Shown: piece by piece, positions 47,768 through 58,700 of the stretch
Layout: each line of letters begins with the position of its first letter
How positions within the stretch are numbered: the first letter of the stretch is position 1
Assembly (NCBI GenBank): GCA_017447165.1
Contig: JAFSOD010000004.1
Span: forward strand, 564,478-628,477
Reading direction: 5' to 3'
Length of the DNA stretch: 64,000 bases
Origin: Bacilli bacterium
GTDB lineage: Bacteria > Bacillota_I > Bacilli_A > RFN20 > CAG-826
The notes under the pieces: model-generated
Databases searched by the model: none
Seen by the model: only the letters and a program-made list of their open reading frames with translations
Told to the model about the DNA's origin: nothing
Made by a program: the position numbers and the translations under genes

Positions 47768-48182
47768 CGATATGATGAGATCCATAATTATGGATCATTC
47801 CTCTAATCCGATGAATAAACATCTCCCAAAGGGTGAAGGATACGATAAGGTTCATATGCATTCCGATAACTGCATTGATGATTTAGATATCTACTTTAAA
47901 GTAGAAGGAGATAAAATCACTGATGCTTGTTTTGAAGGTGTAGCTTGTACTATCTCCTTAAGTAGCACTGATATTATGTGCGACTTAATTAAAGGAAAAA
48001 ATAAGCAAGAAGCAGAATATATGATTAGCCAATATCAAAAAATGATGCACGAAGAAGAATTTGATGCGGATGTATTAGAAGATGCGATTGTTTTTATTAA
48101 TACTTCTAAACAGGCTGCTAGAATTCGTTGTGCGACTATTGGCTGGAACGCTGCTAGTAAATTATTAGAGGAAAAGAAATAA
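47748..48182 (+). CDS. sufU: sulfur acceptor/scaffold SufU (IscU-like)
   Basis: DNCIDD...[14 protein letters not shown]...RIRCATIGW carries the conserved Cys triad of SufU/IscU. Confidence 0.8.
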   Translation: MPISLSNDMMRSIIMDHSSNPMNKHLPKGEGYDKVHMHSDNCIDDLDIYFKVEGDKITDACFEGVACTISLSSTDIMCDLIKGKNKQEAEYMISQYQKMMHEEEFDADVLEDAIVFINTSKQAARIRCATIGWNAASKLLEEKK

Positions 48183-49579
48183 TGCCAAAAGATATCAAAT
48201 TCCAAGACGATTATAAATTTGGTTTTAAGGACGAAGATGTCTCTATTTTAAAGACGGAAAAAGGTCTTAATGAAGAAATAGTTAGACAAATTTCTCACTA
48301 TAAAAATGAGCCAGAATGGATGCTGGAATTTAGACTAAAAGCTCTTAAGAGCTTCAAGACAATGCCGCTTCCAAATTATGGTCCAGATTTAAAAGGCTTA
48401 GACTTTGATTCTTTTACTTACTTTATTAGACCAAGTGAGAAAGAAGTGAAAAATTGGGATGAAGTTCCAGATACGATTAAAAACACTTTTGATAAATTAG
48501 GTATTCCTGAAGCGGAACAAAAATATTTAGCAGGTGTCTCCACTCAATATGAATCCGAAGTGGTATATCACAATATGCTAAAAGAAATCGAAGATAAGGG
48601 AGTTATATTCTTATCTACTGATATGGCTTTAAAACTATATCCAGATTTATTTAAGAAATATTTCTCTACAGTTATTCCAGTTGCCGATAATAAATTTTCT
48701 GCTCTTAACGGAGCAGTATGGTCTGGAGGATCATTTATCTATGTTCCTAAAGGAGTACATCTAGATAAACCATTACAATCCTATTTTAGAATTAATAATG
48801 AAAAGTCCGGACAATTTGAAAGAACCCTCATTATTGTTGATGAAGGAGCGGACGTCCACTATGTGGAAGGTTGTACAGCTCCAACATATTCTAAAGAATC
48901 TCTCCACGCTGCTGTTGTGGAAATCATTGTTTTAAAAGGTGGTAAATGTCGATATTCAACAGTACAAAACTGGTCCACTAATATTGTTAATTTAGTTACC
49001 AAAAGAGCAGTCTGCTATGAAGATGCTTCTATGGAGTGGATTGATGGCAATATCGGTAGTCAAGTGAATATGAAATATCCTGCTTGCATCTTAAAAGGAA
49101 GAGGCGCAAAAGGAACTTGTATTTCTATTGCTGTTGCGGGAGCGGGCCAATATCAAGATGCTGGAGCAAGAATGATTCATGAAGCTGAAGATACAACTTC
49201 TACAATCATTTCTAAATCTATTGTTAAAAATGGTGGAGTAGCGAATTACCGTGGAACGGTAAGACATAAAGCAAACGCTAAAAATTGCCGTAGTCACGTA
49301 GAATGTGACACGCTGATTTTAGATCACATCTCTAAGAGTGATACCATTCCTACAAACGAAGTACATAACAATACTTCTTATATTGAACATGAAGCGACTG
49401 TTAGTAAGATTAACGAAGATCAATTGTTCTATTTAATGAGTAGAGGAATATCTGAAAAAGATGCCACTCAAATGATTATTATGGGATTTATTGAACCATT
49501 TTCTAGAGAACTTCCTATGGAATATGCAGTGGAACTTAACCAATTAATTAAGATGGATATGGAGGGTAGCGTCGGCTAA
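48182..49579 (+). CDS. sufB: Fe-S cluster assembly scaffold SufB
   Basis: Canonical SufB with [21 protein letters not shown] at the C-terminus. Confidence 0.9.
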   Translation: MPKDIKFQDDYKFGFKDEDVSILKTEKGLNEEIVRQISHYKNEPEWMLEFRLKALKSFKTMPLPNYGPDLKGLDFDSFTYFIRPSEKEVKNWDEVPDTIKNTFDKLGIPEAEQKYLAGVSTQYESEVVYHNMLKEIEDKGVIFLSTDMALKLYPDLFKKYFSTVIPVADNKFSALNGAVWSGGSFIYVPKGVHLDKPLQSYFRINNEKSGQFERTLIIVDEGADVHYVEGCTAPTYSKESLHAAVVEIIVLKGGKCRYSTVQNWSTNIVNLVTKRAVCYEDASMEWIDGNIGSQVNMKYPACILKGRGAKGTCISIAVAGAGQYQDAGARMIHEAEDTTSTIISKSIVKNGGVANYRGTVRHKANAKNCRSHVECDTLILDHISKSDTIPTNEVHNNTSYIEHEATVSKINEDQLFYLMSRGISEKDATQMIIMGFIEPFSRELPMEYAVELNQLIKMDMEGSVG

Positions 49580-49580
49580 T

Positions 49581-51455
49581 ATGGACTATCAAGTCATTGT
49601 TGTTGGTGGTGGACATGCGGGCTTAGAAGCTGCTTTTAGTAGTGCTCATATGGGCATGAAGACACTTTTAGTGTCTATCAATATCAAGATGATGGGTAAT
49701 ATGCCTTGTAATCCTTCAATCGGTGGATCTGCTAAAGGGATTGTGGTTAGAGAAATCGATGCGCTAGGTGGTATGATGGGTATTGCGGCAGACCATCATT
49801 ATTTACAAATGAAGATGCTTAATACTGGCAAAGGTCCAGGAGTGCAGTGTCTAAGAGCCCAACAAGACAAATTAGAATATCCTAAATATTTACAAGGCTT
49901 AGCTTTGGCTACACCTAACTTAACAGTAGTGGAAGGTATTGTTAATGAATTAATTCATGATGATACACATGTTTTTGGAGTTAAGCTCACTGATGGAAGA
50001 AGTTATACTTCTAAGGCAGTGATTTTAAGTACAGGAACATATATGGAGTCCTATATTTTTAGGGGCCATAAAAAGATTCAACAAGGTCCTGATGGAGAAA
50101 AGCCATCTTTAGGTTTATCACCATATTTAAGAAGTATGGGTATAGAAACCTATAGATTAAAAACAGGCACTCCTCCTAGAATCAAAAAAGATTCAATTGA
50201 TTTTTCTAAAGCAAAAATTGAACCAGGCACTAAAGGACATTTAGCCTTTTCTTATACCACAAAGGAATACATTCCTTTAGATGAACAAGAAGTGTGCTAT
50301 TTAATATACACAAATCAAAATACTCATAACATCATTAAAGAACATTTAGATGAGACTGCTTTATATAGCGGGAACATCGTTGGAGTAGGCCCTAGATATT
50401 GTCCGTCTATTGAATCTAAGATTATGACTTTTAAGGATAAAGAAAGACATCAATTATTCCTAGAACCAGAATCTAGATACACTGACTCTATTTATTTACA
50501 AGGTTTCTCCACCTCTATGAGTGAAGAGGTTCAAGAATTAATGGTGAGATCCTTACCAGGATTTGAGAACGCCGTATTTTTGAAATACGCTTATGCGATT
50601 GAATATGATGCGATAAAGACAACGGAGTACGGACCAACTCTAGAATTAAAAAAGTGGCCAGGACTATATATTGCTGGTCAAATTTGTGGAACTTCAGGTT
50701 ATGAAGAAGCAGCAGGTCTTGGTTTACTTGCAGGTATAAACGCTTCTTTAAAGATTCAAGGGAAAGAACCACTTATTTTAAGAAGAGATCAATCTTATAT
50801 TGGTGTGATGATTGATGATTTAGTTACTAAAGGAACAGAAGAACCTTATAGGTTACTCTCTTCTAGAGCAGAGTTCCGTCTCTTATTAAGACACGATAAC
50901 GCAGACTTAAGATTAACGGATATTGGTCATAAAATTGGTTTAATTAGTGAAGATAGATATAACTATTTCTTAAAGAAAAAACAAAACATCAAAGAGGTAT
51001 GTGAAATCTTGGAGTCTAATTATTTAGGAAAAAGAAAAGATATAGAAGATTACATTATTTCTTTAGGATTCAATGAACTTAAAGGTGGAATATTAGCTAG
51101 TGAATTATTAAAACGTCCAGGAGTGGAATACACCAAACTCTCTAAGTTTATTCCTGAATTAGATAAATATGATTTAGATGAACAGACTATTGAAGAGATA
51201 GAAATCATTGAAAAATATGAAGGCTATATTATTAAACAAAAACGAGACGCTGAAAATCATCAGAAACTAGAGGAATTAAAAATTCCTCAAGATATCGATT
51301 ATTTAAATATGTCCGGAATTAGACTTGAAGCTAGAGAAAAGTTAAATAAAGTGAGGCCATTAACTGTTGGTCAGGCTAGTAGAATTAGTGGAGTTAATCC
51401 AAGCGATGTCTCTATGTTAATATTAAATATAAAGAAGATCTTAAATCATGAATAA
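49581..51455 (+). CDS. mnmG: tRNA uridine-5-carboxymethylaminomethyl modification enzyme MnmG (GidA)
   Basis: YQVIVVGGGHAGLEAA FAD motif, full-length MnmG. Confidence 0.9.
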   Translation: MDYQVIVVGGGHAGLEAAFSSAHMGMKTLLVSINIKMMGNMPCNPSIGGSAKGIVVREIDALGGMMGIAADHHYLQMKMLNTGKGPGVQCLRAQQDKLEYPKYLQGLALATPNLTVVEGIVNELIHDDTHVFGVKLTDGRSYTSKAVILSTGTYMESYIFRGHKKIQQGPDGEKPSLGLSPYLRSMGIETYRLKTGTPPRIKKDSIDFSKAKIEPGTKGHLAFSYTTKEYIPLDEQEVCYLIYTNQNTHNIIKEHLDETALYSGNIVGVGPRYCPSIESKIMTFKDKERHQLFLEPESRYTDSIYLQGFSTSMSEEVQELMVRSLPGFENAVFLKYAYAIEYDAIKTTEYGPTLELKKWPGLYIAGQICGTSGYEEAAGLGLLAGINASLKIQGKEPLILRRDQSYIGVMIDDLVTKGTEEPYRLLSSRAEFRLLLRHDNADLRLTDIGHKIGLISEDRYNYFLKKKQNIKEVCEILESNYLGKRKDIEDYIISLGFNELKGGILASELLKRPGVEYTKLSKFIPELDKYDLDEQTIEEIEIIEKYEGYIIKQKRDAENHQKLEELKIPQDIDYLNMSGIRLEAREKLNKVRPLTVGQASRISGVNPSDVSMLILNIKKILNHE

Positions 51456-52134
51456 AAGTGAACTTATTTTAGAGTTAGAAAAATTAAATTTAGATGCTTC
51501 TAAAGTTGATAAATTAGAAGACTATATGTTAGCGACTTTAAAGGCTAATGAATCTTTTAATTTAACTGCGATAAAAGAAGTAGAAAAGTTTAGAGAATTA
51601 ATGATTTTAGATAGCGCTTTCGCTCTTAAATATTTTGATTTTAGTGGTAAGAAAGTTATTGATATTGGTACTGGCGCTGGCTACCCAGGAATGGTGTTAG
51701 CGACTTTATCTAACGGAGAATTTACATTACTTGATTCCACTAAGAAAAAGATTGATTTTATAAGCATTTACGCGACGGAGCACGCTTATTTTAACGTAAA
51801 ACCTGTAGTAGACCGCGCGGAATTATACGCTAGAAAACATAGAGAAGAATATGATTTTGCAGTTGCTAGAGCGGTATCGGAATTACCTATTTTACTTGAA
51901 TTGGTGTTACCTCTACTTAAGGTTGGAGGATATTTTATTGCTCTAAAAGGTTCAAAGGGACAAGATGAGTTAAAAGCGTCTAAAAAAATGTTAGATAAAT
52001 TAGGTGGAGAATTATATCAAGTCGATGAATATGAACTTCCTGAGTCTTGCGAGAAGCGCGTGAATATTATTGTAAAAAAGATAAAGGAAACACCTAGAAA
52101 GTATCCAAGAGAATATTCGGAGATAATAAAGTAA
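51448..52134 (+). CDS. rsmG: 16S rRNA (guanine527-N7)-methyltransferase RsmG (GidB)
   Basis: VIDIGTGAGYPGMVLA SAM motif. Downstream of mnmG, the conserved gene order. Confidence 0.85.
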   Translation: MNKSELILELEKLNLDASKVDKLEDYMLATLKANESFNLTAIKEVEKFRELMILDSAFALKYFDFSGKKVIDIGTGAGYPGMVLATLSNGEFTLLDSTKKKIDFISIYATEHAYFNVKPVVDRAELYARKHREEYDFAVARAVSELPILLELVLPLLKVGGYFIALKGSKGQDELKASKKMLDKLGGELYQVDEYELPESCEKRVNIIVKKIKETPRKYPREYSEIIK

Positions 52135-52173
52135 ATCTAATTGATATCTAATTAGTAATTAATTACAATATAA

Positions 52174-52329
52174 TCACTTCAGGGCAGCGAATTAACGCGA
52201 CCGGCGGTATACCCCGCAAGCTATATGCATGAACTAGTGAAATTCTAGTGGCGACAGTAAAGTCTGGATGAGAGAAGTATATAGAATGTGTTTTCTATAT
52301 GTAGCCCCTGAAGTAGAGGGCTATTTTTT
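52174..52329 (+). ncRNA. FMN riboswitch (RFN element) with a terminator expression platform
   Basis: CTTCAGGGCAGCGAATTAACGCGACCGGCGGTATACCCCGCAAGC...GTGAAATTCTAGTGGCGACAGTAAAGTCTGGATGAGAGAAG matches the conserved RFN core (GGGCAGGGUGAAAUUCCCGACCGGCGGUAGUAAAGCAC...GCCGACAGUGAAAGUCUGGAUGGGAGAAG). Terminator hairpin tagcccctgaagtagagggcta followed by ttttttta, then the ATG. Confidence 0.8.
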
Positions 52330-53085
52330 ATGGATTCAAATGAGTTAAAAGCCTTTATGGGCTGGTTTAAATGGGTATTATTCGCTCTAATGATTGTAGC
52401 GGTAATCCTTTTGGTGTTCTTTTCTATTAGAAGTTTTAAAAAGAGAAGAGTTAATCCTAGCAAGTTTATCGCTGTGACTGGTATATTTGCAGCGTTATCT
52501 GTTCTTTTATATGTTGTTATACCTGATTTTGGATTAGGTTTTACTCCATTTTGGTTAAAGGTTCATTTTGATGAAATCCCAATGTTTTTAGCGGGTTATA
52601 TGTATGGACCATTATCTGCGATTATGATTAATCTAGTGAAGACTCTTATTAAGTTACCGATGTCTACCACCGCATGTGTTGGAGAAATTGGAGACTTTAT
52701 CTTCTCTTTAATATTCGTGATTCCTGCAGTGATTCTCTATGAGAAAAGAAGAAAATTCTCCTCAGTATTTATTGGAGTTGGGATTTCTACTGCCGCGCAT
52801 ATTATTTTTGCGATGATCTTTAATGTCTATGTTATGGTTCCATTCTTCTCTTATTTCTATAACTATCCTTTAGAAGGATTAGAGAAAGCATGTTCCGCGA
52901 TTATTCCTGCAGTAAGCGGAGAAAACTGGATTTGGATGTATGCTCTTATTATGGTCGCGCCTATGAACTTGATTAAGGACGCGATAGTCTTTCTTGTTGT
53001 CCTTCTTTTGTATAAAAGGTTACATATCCTCATTAATAGAATTGGCTCTAGGAACGATAATTCGATACCAAAAGAGCAAAATTAG
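52330..53085 (+). CDS. putative riboflavin transporter (ECF S-component RibU-like membrane protein)
   Basis: Six hydrophobic helices, directly controlled by the FMN riboswitch. Assignment is by regulatory context. Confidence 0.5.
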   Translation: MDSNELKAFMGWFKWVLFALMIVAVILLVFFSIRSFKKRRVNPSKFIAVTGIFAALSVLLYVVIPDFGLGFTPFWLKVHFDEIPMFLAGYMYGPLSAIMINLVKTLIKLPMSTTACVGEIGDFIFSLIFVIPAVILYEKRRKFSSVFIGVGISTAAHIIFAMIFNVYVMVPFFSYFYNYPLEGLEKACSAIIPAVSGENWIWMYALIMVAPMNLIKDAIVFLVVLLLYKRLHILINRIGSRNDNSIPKEQN

Positions 53086-53233
53086 CAGTAGTGCATTGGG
53101 CATTAATATGCTTTGATTTCTCTTTTTTGTAAAACATTGCTTAATTTTGTTTACAAAAAATCAAAACTATGTTTCAATAAGCTTACCGGTTGATATACCT
53201 GTCTTAATTGATGTGAGTTCGATACCGGTTTTT

Positions 53234-54126
53234 TTATGAAGTTTTATCAACTAGTTCTAATAATATATTTATGATTTCCTTGTTCTCATTTTTAATAATA
53301 TTAAACATTTTTTTGCCAATATAATTTAAAGACGCGCCTAGTTGAAAGCATTCTTCATTATCAATAATTAAATATCTATCATGGTTATCATCCAGATGCT
53401 TGACATCAATCTTTCCATATTGTAATTCAAATTTTTCTATTTCATCTGTATCTAATTTTGATAATTGCCTATACAAATTGTAAGATAGGCTGTTTCTTTT
53501 TTATTTTTTAAGAAAACAAACGCTCTAGAATCACAATATGGATCGATTAAAATAATTGAGCTGTTTGCTTTTCTAATAATCTCAGATATAAATTCATACG
53601 CATCATAAAATTGTCCAGCAAAAAAGAGAGCCTGTTTCGGCAAATCAACTTTGCTTATGAGTTTTAGAATCTCATCAAATTTATTATTTGTTTCATTTTC
53701 GAATTCAATTTGTCTATTTTGAAGTTTTGCAAGTGTAAACAAAGTGTCGCCATTTTCTAAAATTAATTTCCGCATTTGAATAAACTTTCTAGCGATTTCG
53801 ACACTCATTTTATTTGCATTGTCGCTTTTTAACACTCCAGCAAGAGCGATAATGCCTTCTTCTGTATAAACATATGGATTATATCTTCTTTTAGAAGATA
53901 AAAATTTTGCTGTGCCAATTTGGCTTCGCAAATAATTAATATCTTTGTTTTGCAACTGGAAACAAAAATCGTCAGGAAATCTTTCTTTGTTTCTTCTCAT
54001 TTGCCTATTCATTATTGAAACTGTAGTTCCAAAAAACAAAGCAATATCACTATCTATCATTACTTGTTGCCCACTTATGTTATAAATACAATCTTCTATA
54101 TTTTTGTTTTCGATTGAATTCAACAT
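53234..54126 (-). pseudogene. ORF6N-domain protein gene split by a frameshift in a homopolymer tract
   Basis: N-terminal ORF6N-like IYNISGQQVMIDSDIALFFGTTVSIMNRQMRRNKERFPDDFCFQL. The C-terminal family tail HDRYLIIDNEECFQLGASLNYIGKK is in a different frame (80 aa ORF). The two ORFs overlap at 53452..53476 near T6/T6 runs at 53493..53510. Confidence 0.5.
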
Positions 54127-54310
54127 TAATAATTATTTTTTATTCATTTTTGTCTCCTTTTATGTCTTTTGCTAATAAAGCCCTACATTATATAAGGAGT
54201 GGTTTTTTCGAAAATTTGTGAAAAAAAGTTTCTGAGTTCGGCTCAAAAACTTCATTATGCTATGCATAAAAAAACCAGATTATTTTTTGTAATCTGGCTT
54301 TTCTATATCA

Positions 54311-54490
54311 TTACTCTTCTACAGAGATTGCACCAACTGGGCAGACACTAACGGCTTCTTCTTCGCCTTCTCCAGAAACAGCTTCTGCTAATCCGCTATC
54401 GCCAATTGCAAAATTTTCTGGATATGTACCTGCGCAACATCCGCAACCGATGCAAAGACTTTGATCGATTCTGACTTTCTTTTTCGCCAT
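54311..54490 (-). CDS. 4Fe-4S ferredoxin (59 aa)
   Basis: MAKKKVRIDQSLCIGCGCCAGTYPENFAIGDSGLAEAVSGEGEEEAVSVCPVGAISVEE. It has the CxxCxxC motif and a distal CP. Not in the ORF track because it is under 60 aa. Confidence 0.7.
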   Translation of the reverse strand: MAKKKVRIDQSLCIGCGCCAGTYPENFAIGDSGLAEAVSGEGEEEAVSVCPVGAISVEE

Positions 54491-54579
54491 TGATATTTAC
54501 CTCCTGGGTTTTGTTAGGTTTATTATACTATCGCCTATTTTATTTTGCTAATTATTATTAAAGAGATTATTATTATCGC

Positions 54580-55251
54580 ATGAATATTGCGCTTATTGTC
54601 TTTGCGGGAAGTGGTTCGAGGATCCATTCTGACATCCCAAAACAATTTATTAAAATTAAAGATCTTGAAATGGTGGTATACTCCATTAAAAAGTTCAATG
54701 AAAATCCTCATATTGATGAGATTAACCTTGTCACTTCTAAGGAATTTATTCCTTATGTTGAATGTTTTAAGGAGAAATATTCTTTAGATAAGATTAACAA
54801 AATCATCCAAGGTGGAGAGACTAGACAAGAGTCTGTCAGACGTGGTTTAGAGGCTCTCGAATTACATGAAAAAGATAAGATTTTAATTCATGACGGAGAT
54901 CGCCCATTAATTAGTCACGCGATTATTAATCAAGCGATTGATTGTCTTGATGAATATGATGTGGCGTGCCCAGTTATCTTAGTGGAAGACCAAATTCCAG
55001 AAATCTCTAACTTAGGTAGAAGATATGTTTTAGAAGGGAAAGAAGTCCACATTCAAACTCCTCAATCTTTTAGATTTGGACTGATTAAAGATAAGCACAT
55101 AGTTAGCAAAAAAGTCCCTGTCAATGATGACATCTCTTTAGTTGATGCTTCCATTGTAAAATTCTATCCCGGAGATAGACTTAACTTTAAAGTTACGACT
55201 GACGAAGATTTAAAGTATCTACAAAAACTATTAGAAGAAAAAGATGAGTAA
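54580..55251 (+). CDS. IspD/TarI-family cytidylyltransferase (2-C-methyl-D-erythritol-4-phosphate or ribitol-5-phosphate cytidylyltransferase)
   Basis: NIALIVFAGSGSRIHSDIPKQFIKI matches the IspD/TarI family. IspD cannot be told from TarI without context. Confidence 0.7.
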   Translation: MNIALIVFAGSGSRIHSDIPKQFIKIKDLEMVVYSIKKFNENPHIDEINLVTSKEFIPYVECFKEKYSLDKINKIIQGGETRQESVRRGLEALELHEKDKILIHDGDRPLISHAIINQAIDCLDEYDVACPVILVEDQIPEISNLGRRYVLEGKEVHIQTPQSFRFGLIKDKHIVSKKVPVNDDISLVDASIVKFYPGDRLNFKVTTDEDLKYLQKLLEEKDE

Positions 55252-55660
55252 ATTCAGTGATAATTTCCGTAAATATCGTAAAGCTTATATTTACACTTTT
55301 ATTATCTCCTTCCTAATTGGTGTAGGAATCTTTTGCTTATATTTTTTCTTAAACGGATATTTTATTATTGAAGCGCTTAACGGAGTGAGTATTGCTGCAG
55401 TTGCTTTAGTAGCCTCTGCGGGATTAGTGTTTGTTCACTCTCAAGGGGCTTTTGACACTATCGCGTACGGCTTTAAACAAATGTTTACAAGCTTTGTGGC
55501 GAGAAAACCAAATAAGTATAACGATATGTATTCTTATAAACAGGCGAAGATTGAAAAAAGAGAACATTCTCCTCGAATTTATTTTGCAATTTTATTTGCT
55601 TCTTCTATCTTTGTTTTAGCTGTAATTGTACTTGAAATTGTTTATCACGTTGGCATATAA
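55244..55660 (+). CDS. small membrane protein (DUF3899-like)
   Basis: Two TM pairs flanking the soluble segment AFDTIAYGFKQMFTSF. Confidence 0.45.
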   Translation: MSKFSDNFRKYRKAYIYTFIISFLIGVGIFCLYFFLNGYFIIEALNGVSIAAVALVASAGLVFVHSQGAFDTIAYGFKQMFTSFVARKPNKYNDMYSYKQAKIEKREHSPRIYFAILFASSIFVLAVIVLEIVYHVGI

Positions 55661-55794
55661 CTCGTTATTAGAGTCAAGAAAGAAATGGCGAAATCCGCTG
55701 TTTTTTTTGTTTGCATTATTTACGCACATTATATATACTATTACGCAAACAACATTTACACGTGCTTATATACACGAGAAAAGGAGGTAAGATT

Positions 55795-58700
55795 ATGATT
55801 AAAAAATTAGCGATGCTTGCTACTGTCACAGCGGGACTATTCATGGGCGCTAACGTTGCTGGAAACATTCCTCAACAACAAAAAGCTCCATTAGACGCTA
55901 GACTCATTGTTGAACTTGATAGACCATTAAGCTCATTAAGTGAAGAAGGCATTAAAAACGTACAAGATAGTTTGATCAGTCGCATTCGTAGTGAAGTGAC
56001 AAGCAATGTTAAAGTATTGTCTAATTACACTGTCTTAAATAACGCTGTCGGTATTGCAGTTAATAGTCAATATGTTGATCAAATTACCAATTTAAGTGGT
56101 GTGAAAAGTGTAACCAAAGATAAATTACACGTTATTCAATCTACTGGAGGATATACCGCAAAAATATCCCTCTCTGATGCTGAACATGATTATGGTGGAC
56201 CTGATAACATCTCCGCTGAAACCATGGAAAAGCCAGATAACACTAACGACGGTGAAGGAACAGTTATTGCTATTATTGATAACGAATTCTATTTCCGCGC
56301 TAAACACAGTGAGAAAAACGAAGCAGGAGAAGAGGTCGTGGTTCCTTCTTGGCACCATGAAACATTCACTTCTTTTGAAGAATTAGGAGAAACTGTCGTT
56401 CAAAGATATGTTCCTCAAGCAAAGTATGTGCAAGGTAAAACCGTTTATATCGCTCCAAAAGAATTTGAAAATACTAAACACGCTCACGCTTACAAGAAGA
56501 AACAAAAATTAGAGAACACCCCAATTGGTGAAGAAGGTTCTTTATACTTCAATAGTAAAGTTCCATTCTACTTCGACTACGGAGGAGAAACACCAGTCTA
56601 TGGTGATTCCTATAGCGAAGACTTTGATGTTACTAGTGCATCTGATTACCACGGTAGTCACGTTGCCTCAACCGCAGCTGGTCACGCTGAATTCTACAAA
56701 GGCATTGCCCCAAAAGCGCAATTAGTCTGTATGAAGGCATCTACTGAATTTAGAAGTACTTCCTTTACAGATGCGATGGGCTTAACTTCATTCTCTGGCT
56801 TCTTTGAAATGCCAATCTTAAACGCATTAGAAGACGCGATTGACTTAGGAGTTGATGGCATCAATATGTCTTTAGGTAGCAATCTTGATGACTTTGATAG
56901 TGATTCCATCACCTTAAAGACATTAACAAGATTGTCCAATTCTGGAATCTTAAGCGCTATCTCTGCTGGTAACGCTGGTAAAACTTCTTATTCATCTTTA
57001 GGTGGCTACGCTAACTGGACAAGTGAAATGACAGAAACTGGAATTATTTCTAGTTATGTTAATAACCATTCCACAACTTCAGTTGCTTCTGCTCAACCAA
57101 CCAAAATCTTCTATACCCAAGCTTTAAAAGTTGCCACTGGTAACGAAATTGGCTTCGTGGCATTTGAAGACCAAGTTGTTAATAGAGAAGGATTACCAAA
57201 AGAATTCAAAGATGAACATCCATTAAAAGACTTATTCCCAGAAACAACTACTCAATATGAATGGCAATATGTCCCAGGATTTGGTACCGCTGCTGATTAT
57301 ACTGGACTTGATGTCCGTGGAAAGATTGCAGTTGTTAATCGTGGTAGTACATCGTTCTCTGATAAATATACAGTGGCGAAGAATATGTCTGCTGTTGCTC
57401 TTGTCGTTATTAATAACGACCCAACAGCTAACGACTTCAACTTCCGTTTCTCATTTGGTGACACCAAACCTGATATCCCAGTCGTTTCTGTCTTATTTAA
57501 AGACAAGGGATACTTCGATGGCACCAAAGGAAATAAATCAGGAACCATTACTTTAGCCAAAGACGAAATCTTCGTTAATGACAAAGAAAAGACTTCCTCA
57601 ACATTTACATCTGATGGTATTGCATATGACCTCGAACTCAAACCAGACATTTCTAGTCCAGGTGACTTCATTAGAGGCGCCGTACCACCACAAAATAAAG
57701 AAGACAAAGCTGATAGACCATTAAGATCCTATGCATTCTTAAGTGGTACATCTATGGCTGCTCCTAACTATGCTGGAGCGCAATCCGTGCTTTTATCTAA
57801 AGAAGCTAAAGGCACATATGGTAATGAACCAGGCGCGATGAGCAAAGATGAATTAGCAGCTTATAAAGCAACCATTGATATGCGTTATTTATCTACCGCA
57901 AACCCAATGCTTGATGCTGAAGATTGTCCAGAGAATCCAGGACACAAAACCTTAACTTCTCCAAGAATTCAAGGTGCTGGACTTGTGGATATGGGTGGTG
58001 CTTATAGAACCGATGTATATCTTGAAGGTGCTGATGCTGCTACCGGAGAAAAAACCGGTAAAGCCAAGCTTTCCTTAAAGAACTACGAGGCTATTAATAA
58101 TGGTCGACTCGATCTTAAGTTCTATTCCCATAACGAAAGTGAAGAAAATAGAACCTATAACGCTTATCTCACAGTGATGAGACCAGCGATTAAAAATGAC
58201 AATGGTGTTGTTACTAAAGACTACACCTTCCGTGCAGAAATCGATGATATCACCGCATGGGCAACTAGAACCTATTGGGTGGAAACTGTTGATCCAGTCA
58301 CCGGCCAAAGAGGATTTGTCCAAAGAACTGCACCTGGTGAAGTTAAAGATAAAGACTACTACAAAGTTAGTAGAGAAATCGAATACTACGCTACTGAATC
58401 AGATATCTATAACGCCTTCAAAGATCAAGAAGATGGTACATGGACTTGTAGTGAATGTGGTGAACTCCACATCGCAGTTAGTGAAGACCACTGTCCAAAC
58501 TGTGGTGCTGATCATGAACACCACACCGAAGACTTCTTGACTAGAATCCCAGTTGGTAAATATATGTATGATAGTACGTCCGAAGAAAAATGGGTGACAT
58601 TACCAGGATATGACTATCAATCCACTCAAGATGTTTACATCGAAGAGAAATTACCACTTGGTGAAATGACTTTCGCTCCAGGAGAAGAATTCCATCAAAT

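Noticed and set aside
54580-55251. Calling this gene definitively ispD and inferring a MEP pathway.
   Set aside because: The N-terminal motif fits both IspD and TarI (ribitol-5-P cytidylyltransferase). No ispF/ispE or a tarJ partner is adjacent, so only the family was assigned.
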